Below the pieces are notes generated by a model, which ran no database searches, was not told where the DNA came from, and was given only the letters and a program-made list of their open reading frames with translations. A stretch of DNA of 64,000 bases, taken from NCBI GenBank assembly GCA_965216785.1, contig OZ244197.1, forward strand, positions 2,944,001 through 3,008,000, given 5' to 3'. The stretch comes from Thermodesulfobacteriota bacterium. GTDB taxonomy: Bacteria > Desulfobacterota_D > UBA1144 > Nemesobacterales > UBA2774. This document shows, piece after piece, positions 10,462 through 20,600 of the stretch. The first letter of the stretch is position 1; the number at the start of each line of letters is the position of its first letter. The position numbers were made by a program, and so were the translations under genes.

Positions 10462-11361
10462 TTGCCAGAAAATACATTTGAAACAAATAGGCGCAAAAAA
10501 CTTAGATGCGCGCTAATCTCGATTGTGGCTTCAGTTGGCCTGATCGCGCTAAAACTCACATTCGGAATTATCACAAATTCAGTCAGCATACTGGCCTCTG
10601 CGGTAGACTCATTTCTCGATCTATCAGCTTCGAGCGTCAACTACTTCTCCATCCGAAAATCCGTTAAACCCGCCGACGCCGAACACAAATTCGGTCACGG
10701 AAAAGCAGAAGGTTTGGCAGGGCTCTTCCAATGCTTTATAATCGGGGTCTCATCACTCTATCTCATATACCTATCATTTGAAAGGATATTTGACGGCGCA
10801 GAGCTAAGATCGCTCGATATCGGTATTGCCGTAATCGGATTCTCTATTGCCGTTAGCCTCATACTTGCAAGATACATTCGGAAAGTAGCGAATGAAACCG
10901 ATAGCATCGCTCTTAAAGCGGATAGCCTCCACTTCAGGGTGGACGTATATGCGAATATCGGAATCGTGATCGGTCTTATAGTCATAAAAGTGACCGGAGC
11001 CGAGCTAATCGATCCGATTATATCCCTTGCGCTTGCAGGGCTCATACTTTGGACTGCAAAAGATATAGTCGTTCAGTCTGTGGATATATTAATGGACAGA
11101 GAGCTTCCCGAGCATATAGTCGCGGATATCGAAAAAGTTATATTCAAGTACCAACCGGAAGTTAAGAGCTATCACAAGATGAGAACCCGTAACGCGGGCT
11201 CGAAAAAATTTATAGAGTTTCACCTGGTTCTGGATCACACTCTCAGCTTTGTAAGATCGCACGAGATTGCTGAGGAGATAATAAAAGAAATTGAGACAAA
11301 AATTCCAGGCTCGGAACTGACGGTTCACGTAGACCCCGATCAGCACCCCGACTACTCATAA
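10462..11361 (+). CDS. Cation diffusion facilitator (FieF-like)
   Basis: ASAVDSFLD, PAD.EHKFGHGKAE, ADSLHFRVD, and C-terminal H..AE...VHVDP. Confidence 0.9.
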   Translation: MPENTFETNRRKKLRCALISIVASVGLIALKLTFGIITNSVSILASAVDSFLDLSASSVNYFSIRKSVKPADAEHKFGHGKAEGLAGLFQCFIIGVSSLYLIYLSFERIFDGAELRSLDIGIAVIGFSIAVSLILARYIRKVANETDSIALKADSLHFRVDVYANIGIVIGLIVIKVTGAELIDPIISLALAGLILWTAKDIVVQSVDILMDRELPEHIVADIEKVIFKYQPEVKSYHKMRTRNAGSKKFIEFHLVLDHTLSFVRSHEIAEEIIKEIETKIPGSELTVHVDPDQHPDYS

Positions 11362-11447
11362 CCACCTGAATACCACTTATAAAAACAATTGATATAAACC
11401 CAAGGATGTTGAATACTATGGGTAAGGCCAAAGATATACCGAAACAT

Positions 11448-11475
11448 CTGCAACCTTTGATTTAATTTAGTGGTT
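11448..11475 (+). promoter_or_regulatory. Candidate ECF-sigma promoter CTGCAAC-N15-GTGGTT
   Basis: Matches the motif upstream of the ECF sigma gene (39339-39365, minus strand). Confidence 0.5.
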
Positions 11476-11510
11476 TATATAGTTAAAACAGTTTTGCGGG
11501 GGAGCGAGAT

Positions 11511-12005
11511 ATGAAGAATCTATTAATTACCGCATTAGTTTTAACGGCTTTTATTATTTCTTTCCCGATGGTGAGTCAGGCCAAGAAGTACGGAGGCGGC
11601 CACGGCTATAAAGGCGGTCATGGCTACAAGGGGGGCTACGGGTACAAAGGCGGCGGTTATAAGGGTGGCCATGGGTATAAAGGCGGTCATGGCTACAGAG
11701 GCAGCCGCGGATACAAAGGCCATGGGTATAAGGGTAGTTATGGTTACAGAGGTAGCCGAAGCTATAAGGGCTATGGATACAAGGGCGGTTACGGCTACAG
11801 GGGCCATGGATATAAAGGCCACGGCTACAAAAGAGGCTACGGGCACGGATATAGGGGCGGACATTACTACGGTAGAGGCTACTACAGACCTTACTACTAC
11901 AGACCCTACTACCCCGTTTACTATGCTCCCTACTACTACAGACCCTACTACCCCGTTTATCCGGTATTCCCGTTCGCTATAAACTTCGGTTTCGTATTTC
12001 ATTAA
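11511..12005 (+). CDS. Exported Gly/Tyr/His/Lys-rich low-complexity repeat protein
   Basis: Signal peptide ending SQA; many GGHGYK/GGYGYR-type hexapeptides; Pro/Tyr-rich tail ending FGFVFH; GGGGAG RBS. Confidence 0.75.
   Translation: MKNLLITALVLTAFIISFPMVSQAKKYGGGHGYKGGHGYKGGYGYKGGGYKGGHGYKGGHGYRGSRGYKGHGYKGSYGYRGSRSYKGYGYKGGYGYRGHGYKGHGYKRGYGHGYRGGHYYGRGYYRPYYYRPYYPVYYAPYYYRPYYPVYPVFPFAINFGFVFH
11594..11885 (+). repeat. Degenerate 15-18-nt coding tandem repeat (GGHGYK units)
   Basis: ggcggccacggctataaa / ggcggtcatggctacaag / ggtggccatgggtataaa and similar, with variation mainly at synonymous positions. Confidence 0.8.
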
Positions 12006-12123
12006 TCCGGCCATTTGGCTAGGGCACATAAGTCTGTCGTAAAACCACTTTTGTTGAGTATGGCGCACAATCTGGTAGTCTGAATTGCTGATTTTATATA
12101 CCAAACGGCAACTCGGAACATTC

Positions 12124-12774
12124 ATGATAAAAGCGATAATATTCGACATGGACGGGGTGATGATTGACAGCGAGCCTCTGTGGGAAAAAACCGAAAGAAT
12201 TCTTCTTGCGCGCCGTGAGATAGAGTACAGCCCCGACTATAGAGACAAAATTGTAGGACTAAATCAAAACGACTCCGGAAGATTAATGATCTCTACTTTT
12301 AAGCTTTCCGAGAGTGTAGAAGAAATAATAGCGGAAAGGGTCGAAATCCTAACCTCAATATATAAAAATGAGCTCGAGACTGTCCAAGGCCTGGTCCCTC
12401 TCCTTGATGACCTTAATGAGCGCAACTATCCTCTTGCGGTTGCTTCAAGCTCACCTATGCGCGTTATCAATTTTGTATTGGACATGTTCGCTTTAAACGA
12501 ATATTTCTCTGTAGTCGTGTCCGGTGAGTGTACGGATAACGGGAAGCCTCACCCGGATATATACCTTGAGACCGCAAGGCTCCTCGGTGTAGAGCCTCAC
12601 GAGTGCGTTGCTATCGAAGATTCCATAAACGGGGTTTTATCTGCAAAAGCCGCGGGAATGACCTGTATTGCCGTACCCGACAAAAGACTAACTCCGGACA
12701 GGTTTGAGAGCGCAGATCACATATGTGAGAGCCTCGGCCAGATAAATCTCAATCTAATAAGAGACCTTAACTGA
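12124..12774 (+). CDS. HAD-family phosphatase
   Basis: MIKAIIFDMDGV.IDSE, ASSS, KPHPDIY and EDS.NG motifs; ATG at 12124. Confidence 0.88.
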   Translation: MIKAIIFDMDGVMIDSEPLWEKTERILLARREIEYSPDYRDKIVGLNQNDSGRLMISTFKLSESVEEIIAERVEILTSIYKNELETVQGLVPLLDDLNERNYPLAVASSSPMRVINFVLDMFALNEYFSVVVSGECTDNGKPHPDIYLETARLLGVEPHECVAIEDSINGVLSAKAAGMTCIAVPDKRLTPDRFESADHICESLGQINLNLIRDLN

Positions 12775-12789
12775 GCTCCAGCTCACTTT

Positions 12790-13116
12790 TTAATCGGCAA
12801 ATGCCAAATAGCCCGGAACAATTAAGCCGACCACAGGGATAATCCACACAATGCCCAGCCAGTTGGGTTTGCCCCTGAGCTCCGCGATCTTCATACCCAC
12901 TATAATGAATACGACTATATTTACGAGCGGTATGAGAAAGAGGATTATCCACCACCCGGGTTTGTCAGCTATTTTACACATGAGATAAAGATTAAGTATC
13001 GGCACCCATGCAAACCACGAGTTCTCAGTGCTCGTCTTTTCCGCTATTACCTGCAAGCTGTAGGCTAAATATACGTAGAAAGCTATAAATACAATTACGC
13101 TGAAAAGGTTATCCAT
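12790..13116 (-). CDS. DUF5684-type small membrane protein
   Basis: W.AWVPILNLY...KIA.KPGWW....IP.VN pattern; hydrophobic throughout. Confidence 0.75.
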   Translation of the reverse strand: MDNLFSVIVFIAFYVYLAYSLQVIAEKTSTENSWFAWVPILNLYLMCKIADKPGWWIILFLIPLVNIVVFIIVGMKIAELRGKPNWLGIVWIIPVVGLIVPGYLAFAD

Positions 13117-13174
13117 CAGAATTACCCTCCATTAAGTTAGTTAACCAATTATCGCCCCAGTGTATGCTTACTGT

Positions 13175-13193
13175 CAACACATGAAATGTGTTG
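13175..13193. other. Inverted repeat CAACACAT-GAA-ATGTGTTG (terminator stem or operator)
   Basis: Perfect 8-bp stem just after the aldo/keto reductase stop codon, overlapping a minus-strand TTGACA upstream of the DUF5684 gene. Confidence 0.35.
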
Positions 13194-13196
13194 CGT

Positions 13197-14192
13197 CTAT
13201 TTCCTACCGCTTGTTGGAGGCGCCATAAACTCAGGCCCTACGGGGTCTTTTATTGTCTCCGTGAGTATTTTATCTATCTGAGCCAGGGCGTCCTGATCCA
13301 GCTCCCAGCCGAACATCTGCTCTATAGGGTCGAGTTGTGAGGGCCGCCTCGCGCCCCATAGCGCAATATGACCCCGGGCAGTGTCGAGCACCCAGCGCAT
13401 AGCCAGGTGAATTACCCTTTTACCGTAGTTTTCCTGTGCAAACTCATCTAATTTCTGAACAGCGCTTAAATACTGCTCAAACCTCGGCTGCTGGAATTTC
13501 GGGTCTACTTTTCTAATATCGTCCCCCTCAAACGTCGTATCAGCCCTCATCCTACCACTCAGGAGTCCCCTGCATATCGCGCCGTAAAGAAGCATAGTAA
13601 TACCGTGTGTGTTGCAGTAGGGCATTATCTCGTCCTCTATCTCTCTCTCGAACATGTTATATGGGGGCTGTGAGGTATGGAGCGGGGAGCTTGTGCGAAA
13701 GATATCTTTCTGCGCCCCGGTGTAGTTGCTCACGCCTATAGCCTTTATCTTACCTTCGTCGTGGAGCTCTTTCATCGCTTGAGCAGTCTCTTCAATGGGT
13801 GTTTCGTAATCTGGCCAATGTATCTGGTATATGTCTATATAATCCGTTCTGAGTCGTTTGAGCGAGTCTTCTACCTCTTTTCTTAATCGCTCACGCTCTG
13901 AGTTCCTGAACACTTTGCCCGAAGTCCAGTCAAGCCCGCCCTTAGTTGCAATAATTATCTTATCCCTCCCGCCGTGTTCCTCTACGGCCTTGCCCACTAT
14001 TTCCTCAGAGCGTCCGAAGCCGTATATGGCGGCCGTGTCTATTAAATTAATGCCGTGATCGAGCGCCGCGTGAATTGTATCTATAGACTCGCGCTCTTCG
14101 CTTCCGCCCCATAGCCAGCCACCGATTGCCCAGGCCCCCAGCCCTACCCTCGACGATTCTATATTGGTTCCTTTTATCTTTACAAATTCCAT
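13197..14192 (-). CDS. Aldo/keto reductase (YhdN/GSP69-like)
   Basis: GLGAWAIGG, IDTA.IYG.G.SE, IATK, DIYQIHWPD and IGVSN motifs. Confidence 0.9.
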   Translation of the reverse strand: MEFVKIKGTNIESSRVGLGAWAIGGWLWGGSEERESIDTIHAALDHGINLIDTAAIYGFGRSEEIVGKAVEEHGGRDKIIIATKGGLDWTSGKVFRNSERERLRKEVEDSLKRLRTDYIDIYQIHWPDYETPIEETAQAMKELHDEGKIKAIGVSNYTGAQKDIFRTSSPLHTSQPPYNMFEREIEDEIMPYCNTHGITMLLYGAICRGLLSGRMRADTTFEGDDIRKVDPKFQQPRFEQYLSAVQKLDEFAQENYGKRVIHLAMRWVLDTARGHIALWGARRPSQLDPIEQMFGWELDQDALAQIDKILTETIKDPVGPEFMAPPTSGRK

Positions 14193-14350
14193 TTCATACC
14201 TCCTGAGTGTAAAGAACGAGTTTCATTATCATTATACAGGTCATCAAAAATATACCATTTCGACTGTCCGAAGAAACGGTAAGTTCTGAGCTTCTAGAGT
14301 AAAAATTGTTTGACTTGGCTAATTTGAGCTATAATATATGAAAGGTAATC

Positions 14351-14740
14351 ATGAGATATTTACATCTATTCCTGATATTTAATATAATTGTCTGCTACGC
14401 TGGTGTATGCGGAGATACGGCCCATTCCGTAACACTTTCAGGCAGTGCTGCCGAGAGCTGCCATGGTACCGGCCACGAAATGACCGGGGCGGACGCTAAT
14501 GATATAGCTCTAAACGGCAGCGGGCGAGAAAGTGCACAAGACTCCCCATGCTGTCTTGATTACATTACGAGCTCATCTTCCGGCGAATATTCAAGCTCGG
14601 TATTCACAATTACAGAAATATTGCCTCTTATAGAGTTTCACTCAACCAACTTAGCCACAAAAGAAATAACACAGGATCAACTACTAAGAGGTCACGATCC
14701 GCCCGATTTACAAGTTACTTACTCGACCTTCCTTCTATAA
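14351..14740 (+). CDS. Exported Cys/His-containing leader protein with C-terminal Pro-Pro (CutF/CruR/DUF2946-like; putative)
   Basis: Hydrophobic N-terminus, SCH..GHEM, PCC, and RGHDPP near the C-terminus; first ORF of the Cus-type operon. Confidence 0.55.
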   Translation: MRYLHLFLIFNIIVCYAGVCGDTAHSVTLSGSAAESCHGTGHEMTGADANDIALNGSGRESAQDSPCCLDYITSSSSGEYSSSVFTITEILPLIEFHSTNLATKEITQDQLLRGHDPPDLQVTYSTFLL

Positions 14741-14764
14741 TAATCATTTCATAGACCGCTGATA

Positions 14765-14790
14765 CCGCCTGATTCACTTTCCTCAGGCGG
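14765..14790 (+). other. Stem-loop between leader ORF and tolC
   Basis: CCGCCTGA-10 nt-TCAGGCGG, perfect 8-bp stem without a U-tract. Confidence 0.5.
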
Positions 14791-14865
14791 ACGGTATTCC
14801 TTCGTCATAACAACCATTGTTTTAAAGTCATACAGGGAATAAATCCCTTTGACCGGAGGTAAGAA

Positions 14866-16185
14866 ATGAAAACTGTCACGTACGCACTTGCATTATTATT
14901 ACTTTTTTCTTTTAGTATCTGCGCTCAAGAGACCGAGAGCCTGAATTCGCTTATAGAGGAAGCGCTTTCGAATAATCCTCGGATAAAAGCTGCCAGGGCC
15001 GGGGCCGAATCGTCGGCGAACCGCCCCTCACAGGAGGGCTCTCTGCCTAACCCGATTATCGGGGGCAGGATTAAAAATGTGAGCTTTTCCGAATTCACAC
15101 TAGGAGAGGATCCGCGCTCAGACATTCAGGCTTTTATTGCGCAGGAAATACCGTTCCCCGGCAAGCTCAGGGCTAAAGAGAGGATCGCGACGGAGGAGGC
15201 CGAGTCAAGGAGGTGGCTATCTGACTCAGTATCCAGAAAGGTCGTAAGAGAGCTGAAGCAAGCCTACTATGAGTGGTCTTTTATCGAGCAATCGATAGAA
15301 ATAACTGAGAGGAATAAGGAGCTGCTTAAAAAATTCGTAAGGATAGCCGAGGCAAAATATGAGGTCGGCTCCGGCATCCAGCAGGACGTAATCAGGGCTC
15401 AGGTAGAGGTATCGGGGTTTATAGAGAGGCTCGAGCTTCTGAAACAGAAAAAAGAGATAATAGAAGCAAGGATAAAGAAGATACTGAACCGCCCTCAGGA
15501 CTCTCCGCTTAATAGACCCGAGGAGCTGTTAAAACCCGTTATTGGCGCTACACTCGAACAAATAACCGATGCGGCATCCCTTTATTCCCCCGATCTGAAA
15601 TCCTCCCAAGATTTAATAGAGAGTAGAAAGGAGGCCTTGAAGCTGGCAGAGAAGGAGTACCTGCCCGATTTTATACTCGGAGCTACATACTTTAACCGTG
15701 ACGGCGGCAGTGGTGACCTGGATGATATCTGGGAAGTTAGCCTCGGGCTCAGGGTTCCCCTTTATTTCTGGAGAAAAGAGAGGTTCGGCGTTCAGGAGGC
15801 GGCGCTCGATATTTCAGAGGCAAATGAGAACTACGAGGCTATCAAAAACGATGTGCTGTTTGCTATAAAGGACAGTTTCATTTCCGCCAGAACGGCAGAG
15901 AAGCTCACGGATCTGTATAGAGAGGGAATAATACCTCAATCAACACTTTCATTAGAGTCCGCTATATCCGCTTACCAGGTTGGAGAGGTGGATTTCCTTA
16001 CCCTCCTCAATAACCTGGTAACGCTCTTTAATTTCGAGCTTGAATACTTTGAGCAGCTAGCGGCACTCAATACTTCACTTGCCAGGATCGAGGAGGTTTC
16101 AGGGCTCGATTTAACAGGACAACGAACAATTGATCCTGATCAGAATATCGGCAGTACACAGGAAACAGGAGAGAAAAATGACTGA
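14866..16185 (+). CDS. TolC/CusC-family outer-membrane efflux protein
   Basis: Signal peptide, AL..NP.I, LPNP, Q.IPFPGK, Y..G...FL.LL; upstream of MFP and RND genes. Confidence 0.88.
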   Translation: MKTVTYALALLLLFSFSICAQETESLNSLIEEALSNNPRIKAARAGAESSANRPSQEGSLPNPIIGGRIKNVSFSEFTLGEDPRSDIQAFIAQEIPFPGKLRAKERIATEEAESRRWLSDSVSRKVVRELKQAYYEWSFIEQSIEITERNKELLKKFVRIAEAKYEVGSGIQQDVIRAQVEVSGFIERLELLKQKKEIIEARIKKILNRPQDSPLNRPEELLKPVIGATLEQITDAASLYSPDLKSSQDLIESRKEALKLAEKEYLPDFILGATYFNRDGGSGDLDDIWEVSLGLRVPLYFWRKERFGVQEAALDISEANENYEAIKNDVLFAIKDSFISARTAEKLTDLYREGIIPQSTLSLESAISAYQVGEVDFLTLLNNLVTLFNFELEYFEQLAALNTSLARIEEVSGLDLTGQRTIDPDQNIGSTQETGEKND

Positions 16186-17653
16186 GACAGAAAAGAAAAA
16201 TAGATACAGATGGGCGGGAATACTCGCCTTTCTAATAATCATTGTAATTGGTCTCTATAGATTCGGCCCAGATATTCCGCTTGTAAACAAGCTGCCGTTA
16301 TTTTCAGAGCCTCATGAGCATAGCTTAAGACCTGTGTTCGATGAGGAGGGGGACATAGAGTACTGGACCTGTACTATGCACCCCTCCGTGCGTATGAAAG
16401 ACCCCGGTAAGTGCCCGATCTGTGGTATGGAAACCGTACCGGTTAAGTCTGCGCCGTCAGAGGAGGAAGCTGCCGGTAATGATGATATGGCAGACATGGA
16501 AGGCCACGACCACTCGGCTATGGGTGTTAGAAAAGGCTCTCAAGGTGATAGCGGTAAGTCGGTTTTTCAGGTGAGCCCCGACCGCCAGCAATTAATCGGC
16601 GTAAAGACGTCCAAAGTTATAAAGAGAAACTTGGATAAGGAAATTAGGACTGTCGGTACGGTGGTGTTGGATGAGAGTAAGATCTATAACGTACAAACAA
16701 GGATTACCGGATGGATAGAGAAGGTATACGCGGATTTCACATGGCAGCACGTGAGAGCCGGGGACCCGCTTTTCTCAATTTACAGCCCGGAGCTGGTGTC
16801 AGCCCAGGAAGAGTATCTGCTCGCTCTAAAATCCGAGGACATACTGAGCGATAGCAGCTTCAGCGATATCTCCGGTGGAGCCCGCTCACTATTAAAAGCA
16901 TCACGCAAGAGACTAAAGCTATGGGGGGTAACAGACGCCCAGATAAGGGAGATAGAAAACAAAGGAGCGTCCATAGAGAGTTTAGTTATATATTCCCCCG
17001 TCACGGGTCACGTGGCTGAGAAAAACGCGTACGAAAATATGTTTGTCGAGCCCAATACGCTTCTCTATAAGATCGCCGATCACACGACTGCCTGGGTACA
17101 GGTAGATATCTATGAAAACGAGATATCCCAGGTAAAACTGGGACAGCCTGCAGTGATGACGCTTCAGTCTTATCCGGGCGAGGAATTTAAAGGTGAAGTC
17201 ACTTTTATCTGGCCCCACCTTGACCACGAGTCAAGGACAGTAAAGGTCAGGCTCGAGTTCCCTAACCCTGATCTCAAGCTCCTACCTCAGATGTATGCTA
17301 ACGTCGATCTTCTTATACCGCTCGGTGAAATGTTGACGGTTCCCGAGAGCGCTGTGCTCAGGACAGGCAAAAAAGACCTGGTCTTCGTTGATCTGGGGAA
17401 AGGGAACATAGAGATCAAAAGAGTACAGCTCGGACAGAAAGCGGGCGGTTATTATGAAGTGCTGAGGGGTCTTCGTGAAGGCGAAAAGGTAGTAACAAGA
17501 GCCAATTTCCTCATCGATTCCGAAAGCCAGGTCCAGGCGGCTGTTGCTACCTGGGGGGATGAAGACACAACGAAAAGAGAGGACCTCGAGCGTGAGTTAC
17601 CTCGTGAAAAGGAACCCGGAATTCAGGAACAAAATGAAGCTCAGACTAAATAA
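16178..17653 (+). CDS. cusB: CusB-like RND periplasmic adaptor with heavy-metal-binding domain
   Basis: WTCTMHP...PGKCPICGM, MEGHDHSAM, GWIEK, YSPELVSAQEEYL, NFLIDSES. ATG at 16178 overlaps the end of tolC. Confidence 0.88.
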   Translation: MTETEKKNRYRWAGILAFLIIIVIGLYRFGPDIPLVNKLPLFSEPHEHSLRPVFDEEGDIEYWTCTMHPSVRMKDPGKCPICGMETVPVKSAPSEEEAAGNDDMADMEGHDHSAMGVRKGSQGDSGKSVFQVSPDRQQLIGVKTSKVIKRNLDKEIRTVGTVVLDESKIYNVQTRITGWIEKVYADFTWQHVRAGDPLFSIYSPELVSAQEEYLLALKSEDILSDSSFSDISGGARSLLKASRKRLKLWGVTDAQIREIENKGASIESLVIYSPVTGHVAEKNAYENMFVEPNTLLYKIADHTTAWVQVDIYENEISQVKLGQPAVMTLQSYPGEEFKGEVTFIWPHLDHESRTVKVRLEFPNPDLKLLPQMYANVDLLIPLGEMLTVPESAVLRTGKKDLVFVDLGKGNIEIKRVQLGQKAGGYYEVLRGLREGEKVVTRANFLIDSESQVQAAVATWGDEDTTKREDLERELPREKEPGIQEQNEAQTK

Positions 17654-17698
17654 ATCAAAATACTATGCGGACTGATCAGCTTAAAACCGGAGAACGGC

Positions 17699-20600
17699 AT
17701 GATAGAAAAAATAATTGAGTACAGTGCGAAAAATAAATTTCTGACGATAGCGCTTGTTCTGTTCCTGGCGGCTTGGGGGTTTTGGGCTATGAAAAATACC
17801 CCCCTTGACGCTATACCTGATCTCTCTGACGTTCAGGTTATAGTGTTCACCGATTGGCCCGGCAGAAGCCCCGACCTGGTGGAGGATCAGATCACCTACC
17901 CTATCGTTACAACCATGATCGCGGCCCCGAATGTAAAATTCGTCCGCGGCCAGTCTTTTTTCGGCCTCTCGTTCGTATACGTGATATTCGAGGACGGAAC
18001 CGACATCTATTGGGCAAGGAGCAGAATACTAGAGTACCTAAACGAGGTTTCGGGCAAGCTGCCAAAGGGAGTCACTCCCACTCTCGGGCCCGACGCGACC
18101 GGTGTAGGATGGGTATTTCAGTATGCGCTCGTAGATAAGTCCGGCAATAATGATCTTTCCGAGCTCAGAACGTTCCAGGACTGGTACCTTAGGTACTGGC
18201 TTGAATCTGTCCCTGGGGTTGCGGAAGTCGCTAGCGTAGGCGGGTTTGAGAAGCAGTACCAGGTGGAGATCGACCCCAATAAGCTCGTTGCCTATAACCT
18301 GGCTCTTCAAGATGTAATCAACGCTATAAGGAGGAGTAATAACGACGTTGGCGGAAGGGTCGTTGAGTTTGCGGCAACAGAGTATTTTGTCAGAGGAAAG
18401 GGATACATAAAATCCATAGAAGATATAGAGATGATCCCTGTTAATGCTACGAGTAACGGAACTCCCGTATACATAAGGGACATAGCCAACGTGCAGATCG
18501 GACCTGACATTAGGCGGGGACTAGCAGAGCTCGACGGACAGGGTGAAACAGTTGGCGGAATAGTTGTGATGCGCTACGGAGAAAACGCTCTAAAAGTAAT
18601 CGATGGGGTTAAGAAAAAGCTTGAAGAAATTAAGCCCTCACTTCCCGAGGGAGTTGAGATCGTAACGACATACGACCGCTCGGGTCTTATTCAGGATGCG
18701 ATCGGTACACTCAAACAAAAGCTTTTCGAAGAGGGATTGATCGTTAGTATTGTCATTATCATATTCCTATTTCATTTCAGAAGCGCGGTAACGCCGATAC
18801 TAACCATCCCGCTCGCCGTGCTTATGGCCTTTATTCCGCTCTATTACATGAATTTAAGCTCAAATATAATGTCTCTCGGGGGGATTGCTATCGCTATAGG
18901 CGTCATGGTAGACGCTTCAATCGTGCTTGTTGAAAACGTGCATAAGAGGCTTGAGAAGTGGCAGGACGGGGGAGAGGAAGGAAGCCGTTCAAACATAGTT
19001 ATAGAGGCGATGAAAGAAGTGGGAAAGCCTATATTCTTCGCCATTTTGGTAATAACCGTATCTTTTCTGCCGGTGTTTACGCTCGAGGCTCAGGAGGGGA
19101 GGCTCTTTAAACCCCTTGCCTATACCAAAACATTTTCCATGTTGTTTTCCGCGCTCCTTGCCGTAACCCTTACTCCCGCGCTGATAATGTTACTTGTAAG
19201 AGGCAGAGTTAGGGCAGAGGAAAAAAACCCTGTAAACCGTTTTCTGATAAAGCTCTATCACCCCTTTGTGGATTTCGCTCTTAAATACAAAAAGAGCGTT
19301 ATAGCCGGAGCGGCAGTAGTTCTCCTTGTAAGTATTATTCCCTTTTTGAGACTAGGCTCGGAATTTATGCCGCCACTAAACGAAGGCACAATACTATTTA
19401 TGCCTACCGCTGTTCCCGGTATTTCGATTACGGAGTCCGCCAAGATTCTGCATACGCAAGACAAAATGCTTAAAAAGTTCCCGGAAGTGGAAACCGTGTT
19501 CGGCAAGATCGGACGCTCCACTTCGGCTACAGATTCCGCCCCTCTCAGCATGGTCGAGACCGTCGTCACGCTAAAACCCAAGTCGGAGTGGCGTAAGGGA
19601 ATGACCTGGGAAAAGCTTATAGAGGAAATGAACCGGGAAATGAAGTTCCCCGGAATGTCTAATATTTTCTGGATGCCTATACAGACCAGAACCGAGATGC
19701 TTTCAACTGGATTCAGAAGCAATCTCGGAATAAAAGTATTCGGGCCCGATCTTGAGAAAATCGAAGAGCTGGGGTTGGAGATAGAAAAAGCTCTGTCGGA
19801 GCTTCCCGGCACCCGAAGCGCCTTCGCCGAGAGGGTCACGGGGGGCTATTTCCTGGATTTTGATATCGACCGCGCTCAAGCCGCGAGATACGGCCTTACG
19901 GTGGGAGACGTGGAAGACGTAATAGAGACCGCAATAGGAGGGAAAAACATTTCTCAAACCGTAGAGGGTCAGGAGCGCTTCCCCATAAACGTCAGGTATC
20001 AAAGGGGTCTCAGGGGGGATTTAGAGGAGCTGGAGCGGGTGCTCGTACCAACACCGGGCGGGGCCCAGGTTCCTATATCGCTTTTAGCTGACATAAGCTT
20101 TACAACCGGACCGCCCCAGATTAGAAACGAGAACGGACAAAAAGTGGGATACGTGTTCGTCGACGTACAGGGTAAGGACTATGAGGGTTATGTGAATAAA
20201 GCTAAAGAAGTTATCGGTGAACAGATAGATTTACCACCCGGTTATTTTCTAGAATGGGCCGGACAATATGAGTATCTACAGAGGGTCAAGGAACGATTGA
20301 AGATCATGGTCCCGTTGACGCTAGTACTGATATTTTTACTTCTTTACATGAATTTCAGATCCGTGACTGAGACTTTAATTATTCTTCTCTCGGTTCCATT
20401 TGCGCTAGTTGGAAGTGTATGGCTTCTGTATCTCCTGGGTTACAATCTGAGTATCGCCGTATGGGTGGGTATGATTGCGCTTGCGGGTCTGGCCGCGCAA
20501 ACAGGGGTAGTCATGATTATCTATCTGGACGAGGTACGAGACAGATGGATTTCTGAAGGAAAGCTTAAAAGTATTAAGGATCTAAAGGAAACCATCATTG

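Noticed and set aside
11594-11960. Possible CRISPR array or non-coding tandem repeat
   Set aside because: Units are degenerate, in frame and vary at synonymous positions, with no unique spacers; they are coding repeats.
11541-12149. Long antisense (202 aa) and alternative-frame (120 aa) ORFs over the Gly/Tyr-rich gene
   Set aside because: Expected shadows of a low-complexity repeat; only 11511-12005 has an RBS and a signal peptide.
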